From a virus (taxonomy: Duplodnaviria > Caudoviricetes): a stretch of DNA of 64,000 nt. The translations under genes and the position numbers were made by a program. Shown piece by piece: positions 46,265 to 55,099 of this stretch (position 1 is the stretch's first letter; each line of letters begins with the position of its first letter). The DNA lies in the IMG/VR virus record IMGVR_UViG_3300044719_000253, positions 64,001 through 128,000 of that record, one strand, 5' to 3'. The notes beneath the pieces are model-generated. The model had not been told where the DNA came from, made no database searches, and worked only from the letters and a program-made list of their open reading frames with translations.

Positions 46265-47050
46265 TCAATACGGGATGTCGTCATCTTCCTCGACCACCAC
46301 CGCGGCTTGCTGACGCTGGGCGCCGCCGCCCGAATTACCACCATTGTTGTAACCACCGCCGTTACCGCCACGGTTTTGGTAGCCGCCATTGCCACCACCA
46401 TTCCCACCTTGTTGCTGTGGCACGAACGGCGGCTTGTATTGATCCGGCACTTGGTGTTGACGGATCATCGACGTTTGGATGCGTTGATGCAGTTCGGACA
46501 GCAGCTTATGGTAACTGCGGGCAGCCGACTGGCTCATCTCGGCATCGCTGAACTTGGAGCCATCGGCGTGCGCGAACACGAATTCCGGACGTTCGGCCAG
46601 GAAGCCGAATTCGATCTGCGGACGGTTGTACTGGACCAGCGAGATCGCGATCTTGCCTTCCGAGTCCTTGACGAAGAACAGCTTGTTGCCATCGCGCGGC
46701 GTGTCGATGCGTTCGCGCTGTTTGGTGTCCTTGTTGAAGCGGAAGAACTGTTGCTCGACCACGGCGACTTTCATCTCGCCCTTGGCACGGACCACGTCGC
46801 CGAACAGGTGCACCACCTTTTCGAAGTCCCAGTAATTCATCTTCATGCGGATGACGTCACCGTCTTTGGCTTTCTCTTTGTCAGCCGGGTCACCGGTACG
46901 GACCATGAACGTCACGCGGCCCGCAGCGTCGACATCGATCTTGAACATTGCGCGCTTGCCCGGCGCCGTCGACGGCGCCCACAGCGTCATCACGAACAGA
47001 TCGAAAGGGGCGGCAGGACGGGTGTCCTTCTCTTGGTTGTTATAAGCCAT
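46265..47050 (-). CDS. chmC: ChmC-like nucleus-associated nucleic-acid-binding protein (phiKZ gp67-like)
   Basis: Folded N-terminal domain plus a Gly/Asn/Gln-rich disordered tail (GGNGGGNGGYQNRGG) ending EEDDDIPY; position directly upstream of the gp68-like gene. Confidence 0.7.
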   Translation of the reverse strand: MAYNNQEKDTRPAAPFDLFVMTLWAPSTAPGKRAMFKIDVDAAGRVTFMVRTGDPADKEKAKDGDVIRMKMNYWDFEKVVHLFGDVVRAKGEMKVAVVEQQFFRFNKDTKQRERIDTPRDGNKLFFVKDSEGKIAISLVQYNRPQIEFGFLAERPEFVFAHADGSKFSDAEMSQSAARSYHKLLSELHQRIQTSMIRQHQVPDQYKPPFVPQQQGGNGGGNGGYQNRGGNGGGYNNGGNSGGGAQRQQAAVVVEEDDDIPY

Positions 47051-47121
47051 GTTGTCATCCTAAAAAGGTAGTGTTTGCGGTCTACATTCAATAGCGTGTG
47101 TGGATATTTTTCCACCACGTT

Positions 47122-47991
47122 TTAGACGAGTACCTGGAAGATACGCTTTACTTTGAGCAAGTGCGCGGGGTTTTGTAACTCATTCAGATTGTCAATGATT
47201 CGAGCCCGGGTGGTGAGCGCGTGCCATTGTCGCTTCTCAGCGATTGCCACAATCGCTTTGCGCAAGCGATGATCGAGCGGCGAGAACGTGTCGAGGTCGC
47301 CAAAGATTTGGAGCAACTCTTCCGTGAAGGGAATCATCGACAATGATTTACCTTCGTAATACTTGGAAGAGAACAAGGCTTTGGGTTTGATCCGTCCGGT
47401 GTGTGACTCGATCAAGTGGAGTTCCCCGAAGCGTTTCTCGGCCAACAGATCATACGCGATGTGGGTTAAAATAATAGTCTTGACAGCCACACCCGGTGGC
47501 AAATCATCGAACAGCAAGAACTGATCTTTGCATTCTGCCAAGAAAATCTTGATCACATCCTGGAGCCGATTGTGATTGTGGTGCTGTTTGGGAGTGCTGT
47601 CTTTGCGAAGTTCGGCTTCTGGGTATTTGCGCTCCAATTGGTTAAGATTGCTAAAGTAATACGTAACTTTGATCGGGTAGCCCACATAGTGCTGGAGCAT
47701 GTCGGGGATGATACCCATCTCTTCGTATAAGATTTGGGCCAATTCCGTCGACGAAATACGTTCGGCGATATCTTTCGACATCGACCCCAAGCAATTGCGG
47801 AACAACGTACGCAGATTCACCCAAACTTCTTTGTATGCCCTCATCGGTGGGCGATTCATCTCATCGGGAAAATCGGGATGGATCCCGCACAGACGTTCAA
47901 TCGCCAACGCGGTCGGAACCGACAAGGGCAAATAGCCCAGCGTCCGTTGATCGGCGCTATTGGCGATCTGGGTTTGGTAGTCAGTGGCCAT
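47122..47991 (-). CDS. Conserved protein (phiKZ gp66-like), possibly degenerate PIN/5'-nuclease fold
   Basis: 289 aa; VWVNLRTLFRN, LTHIAYDLL, LIESHTG, FGD; synteny. Confidence 0.55.
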   Translation of the reverse strand: MATDYQTQIANSADQRTLGYLPLSVPTALAIERLCGIHPDFPDEMNRPPMRAYKEVWVNLRTLFRNCLGSMSKDIAERISSTELAQILYEEMGIIPDMLQHYVGYPIKVTYYFSNLNQLERKYPEAELRKDSTPKQHHNHNRLQDVIKIFLAECKDQFLLFDDLPPGVAVKTIILTHIAYDLLAEKRFGELHLIESHTGRIKPKALFSSKYYEGKSLSMIPFTEELLQIFGDLDTFSPLDHRLRKAIVAIAEKRQWHALTTRARIIDNLNELQNPAHLLKVKRIFQVLV

Positions 47992-48003
47992 GATCCTCCT
48001 TAA

Positions 48004-49188
48004 CTAGCAGGGGTGGGGGAACAAGTCTTGCAACAGCTCCACCGACGCATCCAGCAGCGCACCAGACGCGCCTTCACTGGCGATCTTCTCCAGAATCAAA
48101 CTGGCAAGATTATCGGGGGTGATCCGAATCGGGACATAACGAGTTTCGGTTTCTGCCACTGGTGCAATGGCTTTGGCCTTATCCCGCACCGGCTCCTTCT
48201 TCCAATGAAGTAATGGTCCCATGCGTAGCAACACTTCCATGCTACTGAACACCGGATGATTGCTTTCGGCTTTCACCCGCACATGGGAATGATCAGGCAA
48301 GTCACCGATCCGGTCACCGATAAACGCGTAGGTCTCTTCCAGCGACATACCGGTACAGTCGAGGGTATCGAAGCGCATGGCGTGGATATTTTCGATGAAG
48401 CGAATCTGCCATGTACCATCCGGCATCCATTTGAAGCGCATATGCCCTTTGGGGGTTTCATAGCCATGACCCAAGCGGTCGAACGAACCTTGCACATAAA
48501 TCCCATGCCCGTCTTGTTCAAAGCTCTTGGCGGTATGGTCATGGCCGATGCTGATGTTGTGCTTGACGATTTTCAGGTACTCTTGCTCGTCATGGGTGAT
48601 CGAACTGTCCACGTACTCGATCTGAAAGCGGAACAAACCATGCATGACAGCGATGTCAACTTGCTCCAATCCCCGGGCACGGAGCAAATCTTTCACGGTT
48701 TGCAATGCAGGGCCCGAGCCACCGGGCGGTTCGTCCGGGATATACAGTACATGAATCCCTAAGTCTTCCATGTACTCGATATCGATCGTGTCGATATACT
48801 TCAGATCCGTGCCAATTTGACCGATCTTGTTTTCCATGGTGACGTACTTGGATTGCTTGCGATCGTGCAGCGGTGTCCCTTCCAACACCCGCAGCTTGAT
48901 GTTGTGTTTTTTGCACAGCTGCAAAAGATAGTTAATGAAGTACTTGACTTCGAAGATGTCTTCGTCGTTGAACATCATCAGGTTGTCAAACAAATCCCCG
49001 GCAATAAAGATCACATCAAGACTAGCAGTGTCAGGATCATCCGGTAACGCTGCCATCAAATTACGGGCAATGCGGTACGCGGGATTGCGGTTATGACCGA
49101 AATGGATGTCGCTGAAAACCGCGTAATAAAACCCGCCGGTCTTAAACCGGGTCAAACTCAGTACTGTCTCGGGCGATGTCGTCGGCAT
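48004..49188 (-). CDS. sbcD: SbcD/Mre11-like metallophosphoesterase nuclease (phiKZ gp65-like)
   Basis: SDIHFG, AGDLFD, GTPLHD, MHG and GHDH motifs; start reassigned to MPTTSPE. Confidence 0.85.
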   Translation of the reverse strand: MPTTSPETVLSLTRFKTGGFYYAVFSDIHFGHNRNPAYRIARNLMAALPDDPDTASLDVIFIAGDLFDNLMMFNDEDIFEVKYFINYLLQLCKKHNIKLRVLEGTPLHDRKQSKYVTMENKIGQIGTDLKYIDTIDIEYMEDLGIHVLYIPDEPPGGSGPALQTVKDLLRARGLEQVDIAVMHGLFRFQIEYVDSSITHDEQEYLKIVKHNISIGHDHTAKSFEQDGHGIYVQGSFDRLGHGYETPKGHMRFKWMPDGTWQIRFIENIHAMRFDTLDCTGMSLEETYAFIGDRIGDLPDHSHVRVKAESNHPVFSSMEVLLRMGPLLHWKKEPVRDKAKAIAPVAETETRYVPIRITPDNLASLILEKIASEGASGALLDASVELLQDLFPHPC

Positions 49189-49714
49189 GGGGAGTGGATG
49201 TGGTGACAGTGGAAGGGGTGAGCGGGGCGCGGTTATATCGCGCGAAGATTGCATTCCAGCGCTCCAGGTGCTCTTGGTTCACGTCTTTGGCATTGAACAT
49301 AAACGCGCGATTGCGTAGTTCATGGGCCACGACGTTTTGGACCGCATCGGCACCACGCCCCGCGTACATGCGCGCCGCATACACCGCATCCGACAGCGAT
49401 GGCATACGTGCATCTTGCCGGCTGCCGTCGAGCGGTTTGATGGCCGATTGGCTAAACAACGGTGGGACAGTGAACAACAGTTCGTTTTTAGCATTGATCA
49501 CCGAGACTTCATTGAACGGACCATGAGCCACATTCAACCACATTTCCGGGGTGGCCGGGTGCACTGGATTGGGATCGCCGGCGAACAAGGGCAAGAACAC
49601 CTCGACGAAGAATTGCTCTTGAATCACGGCGTTATTCAGGCTGCTGCGCGTGAACGCGGTGTCGATATCGTTGATCAGATCCGACAGTTGACGGGTGACG
49701 AAATCGGCTTGCAT
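49142..49714 (-). CDS. Conserved hypothetical protein
   Basis: 190 aa; W..VAHGPFNEVSVI....LFTVPPL; AAAGG RBS. Confidence 0.55.
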   Translation of the reverse strand: MQADFVTRQLSDLINDIDTAFTRSSLNNAVIQEQFFVEVFLPLFAGDPNPVHPATPEMWLNVAHGPFNEVSVINAKNELLFTVPPLFSQSAIKPLDGSRQDARMPSLSDAVYAARMYAGRGADAVQNVVAHELRNRAFMFNAKDVNQEHLERWNAIFARYNRAPLTPSTVTTSTPHADDIARDSTEFDPV

Positions 49715-49728
49715 GGGAATTCCTTTTA

Positions 49729-50148
49729 TCAGTAATTGGCTTTGCCTGTATTATTAAGAGTCGTAATTTTTTCAAATTTGCCGTCGATCAGAGTCAATAA
49801 TTGCCCCACATCGTAACGTTGTCCAGCTTCGGTCACCATGATCTTGACCGTGACGTGAACGCGGCTGGAGGGGTTGGTGAGAGAGTCATCGTCGACTTCC
49901 ACCACCACGTGTTCATACATCCGGCCCAGGTATTGTTCCAGGCTGGCACGCAGGCGTTCGCGCAGCTGCAACATGTCGTTACCGCACTCTTTGAGCAGGA
50001 TCGACAGATTGGCGATGGTGCCTTTGAATTGGTGATCTTGGTTGGCGTCGGAAGCGAAAAAGACAGCCAGCAGGCGGTCGGTTTTCTCTACGATCGAATA
50101 GATGTAGCCTTTGGAGGACAGGCTGGCATACGGTTTGACAGTCGACAT
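49729..50148 (-). CDS. Conserved hypothetical protein, possibly gp25-like fold
   Basis: Start reassigned to MSTVKPY at 50148 (AGGAG RBS); the longer ORF runs through a terminator. Confidence 0.55.
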   Translation of the reverse strand: MSTVKPYASLSSKGYIYSIVEKTDRLLAVFFASDANQDHQFKGTIANLSILLKECGNDMLQLRERLRASLEQYLGRMYEHVVVEVDDDSLTNPSSRVHVTVKIMVTEAGQRYDVGQLLTLIDGKFEKITTLNNTGKANY

Positions 50149-50184
50149 ACGGGCTCCTGGAAGTGGGTGCAAAAAATTAAGATC

Positions 50185-50232
50185 CATACGATCCCCTACC
50201 GACCACCCCGCAAGGTAGTCGGTAGGGTTATG
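50185..50232 (-). terminator. Intrinsic terminator-like hairpin
   Basis: Stem CCCTACCGAC../..GTCGGTAGGG with CATA on one side and TTATG on the other. Confidence 0.7.
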
Positions 50233-50237
50233 TTGCA

Positions 50238-50867
50238 TTACAAGCTATCGCCCGTTTTCGAAGTCGGGTCCACCATCGAACGCGCGAGCGAATACTTCAG
50301 CGACTCCCACGTGTTCAAGATGGCGTTTTGCTCCACCAAGACCAGGTTCCGATCCCCTTCCATCAATTCCTCCAGGTACGTCACCGATTCCCAGCCGCCA
50401 TGCGGGTTGTCTTCCGTCGGCTTCTGCAATTGAATCACCCCATCCATCACCCGGCGCCAGTTATAGTTATCCTCACCATACTTTCCTGGGAATGGTGCGG
50501 TATAACCATAACCTTCACACCGCCCTTGGTCGTACATACGGGCAATGGTGGGTTCGGCCATGATAAAGCGCTGCATCAACGGCTGAGCTTGTTGCATCTC
50601 GTAGATCGACGTGATTTGCCGGATACGATCATCCAGGAAATAACTTTGGATCCGCGCGACACCAACCCGCGCCCGGTGCAGGGCTTCATCACTGTACAGC
50701 GCATGGTACGCATCGACCACGCCTTGCGCGAAAGCATTGCCGGTACGTTGGATGTAACTGCCGATCGCTGCGGCTTGCTCCTGGGCGTACCGCAGCATCG
50801 AGGGATGGGGCTCGCCGGCAGTGATCATGTTCAACTCTGCTTCACCACCGAAAATCAAGCTTGCCAT
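50238..50867 (-). CDS. Conserved hypothetical core protein
   Basis: 209 aa; QQAQPLMQRFIMAEP, NYNWRRVMDG, DPTS; coupled to the upstream gene (TAATG). Confidence 0.6.
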   Translation of the reverse strand: MASLIFGGEAELNMITAGEPHPSMLRYAQEQAAAIGSYIQRTGNAFAQGVVDAYHALYSDEALHRARVGVARIQSYFLDDRIRQITSIYEMQQAQPLMQRFIMAEPTIARMYDQGRCEGYGYTAPFPGKYGEDNYNWRRVMDGVIQLQKPTEDNPHGGWESVTYLEELMEGDRNLVLVEQNAILNTWESLKYSLARSMVDPTSKTGDSL

Positions 50868-51085
50868 TACTGCTCCTTGTCATCCGGATAGGTTTTGACG
50901 AACCTTTCATTGGCGTTATAGGCGTCCATGACCTTCAAGTCCGCCGTCTGGGTGTCTGTCGCATACAGGTTGTGCGGGAATTGATGCCCGCCCCAGCTCA
51001 CGGCGCGTTGCTCGTAGGTCCTGAGATCGAACTGCGTCAGCGCCTGCGAGATCACGATACCGTCTTCTTGAACCGCTTGACTCAT
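50867..51085 (-). CDS. Small hypothetical protein
   Basis: 72 aa, AAAGGA RBS, translationally coupled. Confidence 0.5.
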   Translation of the reverse strand: MSQAVQEDGIVISQALTQFDLRTYEQRAVSWGGHQFPHNLYATDTQTADLKVMDAYNANERFVKTYPDDKEQ

Positions 51086-51115
51086 GTGTGACTCCTTTCC
51101 TTTTAGTGTGCTACG

Positions 51116-51346
51116 TTACGCGGCATCGGGCAAGGCCATCATCCGTGCGTAGATCGCGGGGTCCACCGGCAGAGTAGGTGCTGCCTCGATGAAGTTGGCG
51201 GCCGTCGAGATCCACGGTTTGGTTTTGGCCAGATTGCCCGAGATTTCCCGCGGGCGAGCGGTCGACATCGCGCTGCGGTACGGCGCCATGGCTTCGAATC
51301 GTGCAGCCATGTAATCGTCCAGCAACAACGTCAAATTCATTTCGTC
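51116..51346 (-). CDS. Non-virion RNAP beta' N-terminal subunit, exon 2 (76 aa)
   Basis: Begins GAC GAA ATG (D-E-M), completing NADYDG|DEMN after intron removal. Confidence 0.85.
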   Translation of the reverse strand, partial: DEMNLTLLLDDYMAARFEAMAPYRSAMSTARPREISGNLAKTKPWISTAANFIEAAPTLPVDPAIYARMMALPDAA

Positions 51347-51677
51347 CATCCGACTCTCGCGAGTCTGTCCAGTTAGTTCGCGACACTAACCCGGTGCGAT
51401 TCCTAGCACCCGCTGTAGGCTTTCCCTACAGATCAGACCATATCTTCATCCTTTCGGATGCGTTCCATTTCGGGACTGCTAGTCCCTACGTGCGATGCAC
51501 TGGTCGTTGAACTTTCCTCTGTCCTAGAGGCTTAGCTGCGGATTACCCAATCTTTATCATTGTTACCATACCTGAATGATTAGTTCAGCCACACAAATAT
51601 TCCGACTTGTGTTTGGTAGATAAAGCTCTAAGGATGTTCCCGGCAATTAGAAAACGTTTAAAGACGGCAACGAGTTT
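51347..51677 (-). mobile_element. Group I self-splicing intron, 331 nt, no endonuclease ORF
   Basis: 5' exon ends in U and the intron ends in G. P1 GACGGU/GCCGUC with a U.G wobble at the splice site; P10 UCGUU/GACGA; P-Q-R-S-like elements AAUUGCCGGGAA, AAUCCGCAGC, GUUCAACGACCA, AAGAUAUGGUC; P7 GACCA/UGGUC. Confidence 0.92.
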
Positions 51678-52958
51678 ACCGTCGTAGTCAGCATTGAACC
51701 CCCTGACGGTCAAGTCCGACAACGAGATGGTTTGGTCAGCGGCATCCGGCTTGACCCGGGTGATGTAGAACAACTGCATCGACCCCAAGCCCAGCGAGGG
51801 ATTACGCTGGAAGATCGCCGGCAACCCACGCAGATTCGAGCCCGCAATCAGCTCGTGACGCGATTCACTGATCAATTCCTTGAACAGTTCATCCAAGAGC
51901 GGGTTGTACTCGGTGGCGTAGCGGTTGAGGAACCGCCAGATCTCGTTGGGCAACCACTGGCGGTCTTTCAGCTTGCGTGCCAAGTGCAACCGCAGCAAGC
52001 CCACACCGACGCCCCACGGGATGTGCAGTTCGCGATGGTAGTGTTGCACCGGCAGCTTGGTGATCACCGCCCGCGCCGACCAATCGCACCGGGTCGCAGC
52101 CAAGTGTTTGCGCGAGATGCCTTCCTTCGACGAGAACGACTTTTTGTTGAATTCTTCGTAATACGTCGCCATGTTGGCAATCGCCCGCACCACCCGGTTC
52201 TGCTTCACCGCATCGGTGTACCCGTTGAGCGGATCATCCAGGCCGATCAGGGACTCAATCGCATCGATCGCAATCGGCACGTTCGAATCCACATACACGG
52301 CCATGTCGGTGTCTTCCACCACCAGCAAGGTCTTGTTGGGCAATGCCATGTACTTCGAGAAGATCTTGCCGCGGTTCATTTGCAAGAACTTCAGGATGTG
52401 GTGCACTTCGTTCGGGTTGTCTTGCTTCTTCTTGCGGAAGTCGCTGATGGTGAGCAGCTTGGTGATGATTTCATCGAACTTGGCCACGAAGTTATTATAA
52501 CCGCGTTGCCGATCCAAGCCCAAGGCCAGCAGTTGCGCGTACACCTTCGGCGGTTTCTCCGGCACCGGGTACTTGGTGTCACACAACCACTGGATGATGT
52601 TGAATCGCCCTTTCTTGAAATGGTTGGAGAGAATGGTCCAGACGCGCGGATTGATGAGCAGAGCCACGCGGGCTGGTTGCCGCAGCCACACGATCGATTC
52701 CAGCTTTTGATCGCGCACGTTCACCACCGGTTTGTTGCAGTGTTCGCAAATTACGCCGAGGTATTTCTTGCCACGCGGTCCTTCCGAACAGTCACAGCGT
52801 GGGGTGTTGGTCAACACGTCATTCGGCTGATAACGTGTAAAGATCTTTTCTTTAAACGCTTTTAAGGCGTCGTGGGAACATTCCTGGAAATCGTTAATGA
52901 TGATCGGATCACGGTGTGAGCGTTGGGCCCACAAGTCGTCATGGCTGACGAGCCGCAA
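51678..52958 (-). CDS. Non-virion RNAP beta' N-terminal subunit, exon 1 (phiKZ gp55-like; spliced product 503 aa)
   Basis: Zinc finger CDC..CEHC, GISRKHLAATR, ARAVI, RNPSL, FNADYDG. Confidence 0.9.
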
Positions 52959-53032
52959 ATAAGTGCCGATGATACACCTCTTTTAATCAAGAGAATAAAT
53001 AATGAGTGATACCCCAAGTTGCCTGCCTAAAG

Positions 53033-53069
53033 AAAAAAAAGTGAGACCCGCAAGGGCCTCACTTTCTTT
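53033..53069 (-). terminator. Intrinsic terminator after chmA
   Basis: AAAGTGAG../..CTCACTTT stem around a GCAA-containing loop; T-run on the minus strand. Confidence 0.8.
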
Positions 53070-53092
53070 CTTCAGCGAACTGCTAGTACCGA

Positions 53093-55099
53093 TTAGTACG
53101 TGCGCGTATGCGCCATGCCGCGGTAGCCGGCCGTGTTGCCCGTGTAGCTCGGCGCGCTGGTGAACATGGTGGTGTGGAAGTTCGACACCAGTGCACCGGC
53201 TTGGGCCAGGCCGTACGGCTGACGCACGGTCATGCGATCGTCCGAGTTCGGGATATCGATCTTCGGTTGGAAGTTCGATTGGGCGATCGATTGGTCCATG
53301 GCAGTCAGGAAGTCCGGATGGAACGTCTTGTGGATCGAGATGCCGGTCACCGTCGGGTGCACGACTTGCTCGATCAGTTTCAGACGCTCAGCCAGCTGGT
53401 AGTCGTTGCTACCGCCCCAGGTGGCGGCCCAGCGCTTGCCGATGTCCGGCTGCTCGTGGCCTTTGGCGTTGAGCAGGTACAGCAGGTCGATGTTGCGCAG
53501 ATCGTTGATGCGGCCCTGGTCGTCGGTGTAGAAACCGTTCAGCACGCGCTCGGTACGCGGCAGGACGATTTGACGGCTTTGGGTTTGGTTGAAGATCTGG
53601 CTAAAACGGCCATCGGTCATGGCGTCCATCGCGTTGATGATCGCTTGACGCGCACCTTCGACTTCGCTGGCTTCGGCGAACACGCGCAGGAACCAGGTAT
53701 CGGCGCCGGCCACCGGCACGTCGATCGAGAAGGCCGGATACGGCTGCATGATGAAGTTCACCAGACGGTAGAACTCGTCATTGCCGAAGCTGGCTTCGTG
53801 GGTCGGGAACGGGCTGACGGTGTCGCCGATCTTGAGGCCATAGTCGTAGTTCGTGGCGCCCAGATCACGCGGACGGAAGTTGCTGCGACCGCCACCGCCG
53901 TGCAGTTGCAGATGCGCCGGCAGGAAGTTGCGCAGCCACTGCGGACCGTACTTGGTCTGGTCGAACAGCGGCAGCATCGTCGAGATCAGCAGCAGCACGT
54001 TGCCCAGGTCCGGCAGCACGCCCATGTCGAAGCCCGAGATGGTGATTTCACCCGAGTATTCCTGGGTGTCATTGCCGCTCGGCTGCGCGCCGCCGACCAT
54101 GTAGCGGTTGCGGCGACCTTGGACCGGATCGATGTTGAGCGTGGTGTACGCCAGCACGCGACCGATTTCCATCACGCCCGCGGTGTTTTCGGTCTTGTCC
54201 TGCTGCGCCACGCCGGACTGGCGTTGCTGTTCCGAACGGAAGTCGGTGACGATTTCGCAGCGGATCGGCAGACCAGAAGCGTCGAACGCTTCGACCGGCG
54301 GATTGGCTTGGTCCTGGTTCATGTGGATCGAGTCGATCAGCAGCGACGAGCTGTCGGCAGCGACGTCGGCCAGGCGGTTGTACTTGAAGCCCGGCGTTTT
54401 GGTTTCCAGTTCAGCCGCGCAAGCGCGCATCGCGTTCATGAACAGACCAGCGACCTTGTACGGATCGTCGATCTTGAAGTTGACCGGCACCGGGCTCCAG
54501 TCGGCCGAATAGATCTCGGCTTGCTGCACGACCGCTCCGACGCGTTGACGGATGATCGTGGCCAGCGCGTCGTCGGCCAGCGTGGCCGGGGTACGCGGCG
54601 CGGTGACACGTTCTTGGCCATAACCGCCGTACAGTTCATTGCCACGGGTGGCCGGGGGCGGCGCCATGTCGGAAGCCAGCAGCAGGGTGTGGTAAGCCAC
54701 GCGGTTGTCGCCGCGGTCGGCGATCAGCAGGATCATGGCGATCTTATTGCTCAGGCCCGTTTGGGCGCTGCTGATGGCGTCACGGGCCACCGGCACGACG
54801 CGCACGTTCCAGCCGCTCAGTTCGTTGTCCTTCTCCTTTTCGTAGAAGTCTTGCAGCTTCTTCGTGAGTTCGCCCAGATCGCGACCGTTGTTGTCACGAC
54901 CTTGGTTGAGGGCGCCGCCGCGGAACAGCAGGCCGGCACCGGCTTGACGCGGGGCGCCACCCACGGGGGCACCTTGCGGCGTTTGGTAGTTCGGCTGCGC
55001 TTGACCCTGGGCCGCTTGCGCTGCGCCGCCGTACATGTCGTTCGGCTGCTGCTGCGTGGCGTTCGGGTTGGCGTTGCCTTGGGCGATTTGACCTTTCAT
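53093..55099 (-). CDS. chmA: Chimallin, major nuclear shell protein (phiKZ gp54-like), 668 aa
   Basis: Start MKGQ (AAAGGA RBS); Q/A/G/P disordered N-terminus, AYHTLLL motif, size, extreme codon bias, and position between the gp52-like gene and nvRNAP beta'. Confidence 0.85.
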   Translation of the reverse strand: MKGQIAQGNANPNATQQQPNDMYGGAAQAAQGQAQPNYQTPQGAPVGGAPRQAGAGLLFRGGALNQGRDNNGRDLGELTKKLQDFYEKEKDNELSGWNVRVVPVARDAISSAQTGLSNKIAMILLIADRGDNRVAYHTLLLASDMAPPPATRGNELYGGYGQERVTAPRTPATLADDALATIIRQRVGAVVQQAEIYSADWSPVPVNFKIDDPYKVAGLFMNAMRACAAELETKTPGFKYNRLADVAADSSSLLIDSIHMNQDQANPPVEAFDASGLPIRCEIVTDFRSEQQRQSGVAQQDKTENTAGVMEIGRVLAYTTLNIDPVQGRRNRYMVGGAQPSGNDTQEYSGEITISGFDMGVLPDLGNVLLLISTMLPLFDQTKYGPQWLRNFLPAHLQLHGGGGRSNFRPRDLGATNYDYGLKIGDTVSPFPTHEASFGNDEFYRLVNFIMQPYPAFSIDVPVAGADTWFLRVFAEASEVEGARQAIINAMDAMTDGRFSQIFNQTQSRQIVLPRTERVLNGFYTDDQGRINDLRNIDLLYLLNAKGHEQPDIGKRWAATWGGSNDYQLAERLKLIEQVVHPTVTGISIHKTFHPDFLTAMDQSIAQSNFQPKIDIPNSDDRMTVRQPYGLAQAGALVSNFHTTMFTSAPSYTGNTAGYRGMAHTRTY

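Noticed and set aside
51116-51349. 77-aa ORF as an independent gene starting at ATG 51349
   Set aside because: That ATG is the last three bases of the group I intron; the sequence is exon 2 of the beta' subunit.
51585-51677. Apparent pseudogene, frameshift or premature stop in nvRNAP beta'
   Set aside because: Fully explained by an in-frame-restoring group I intron with canonical splice features.
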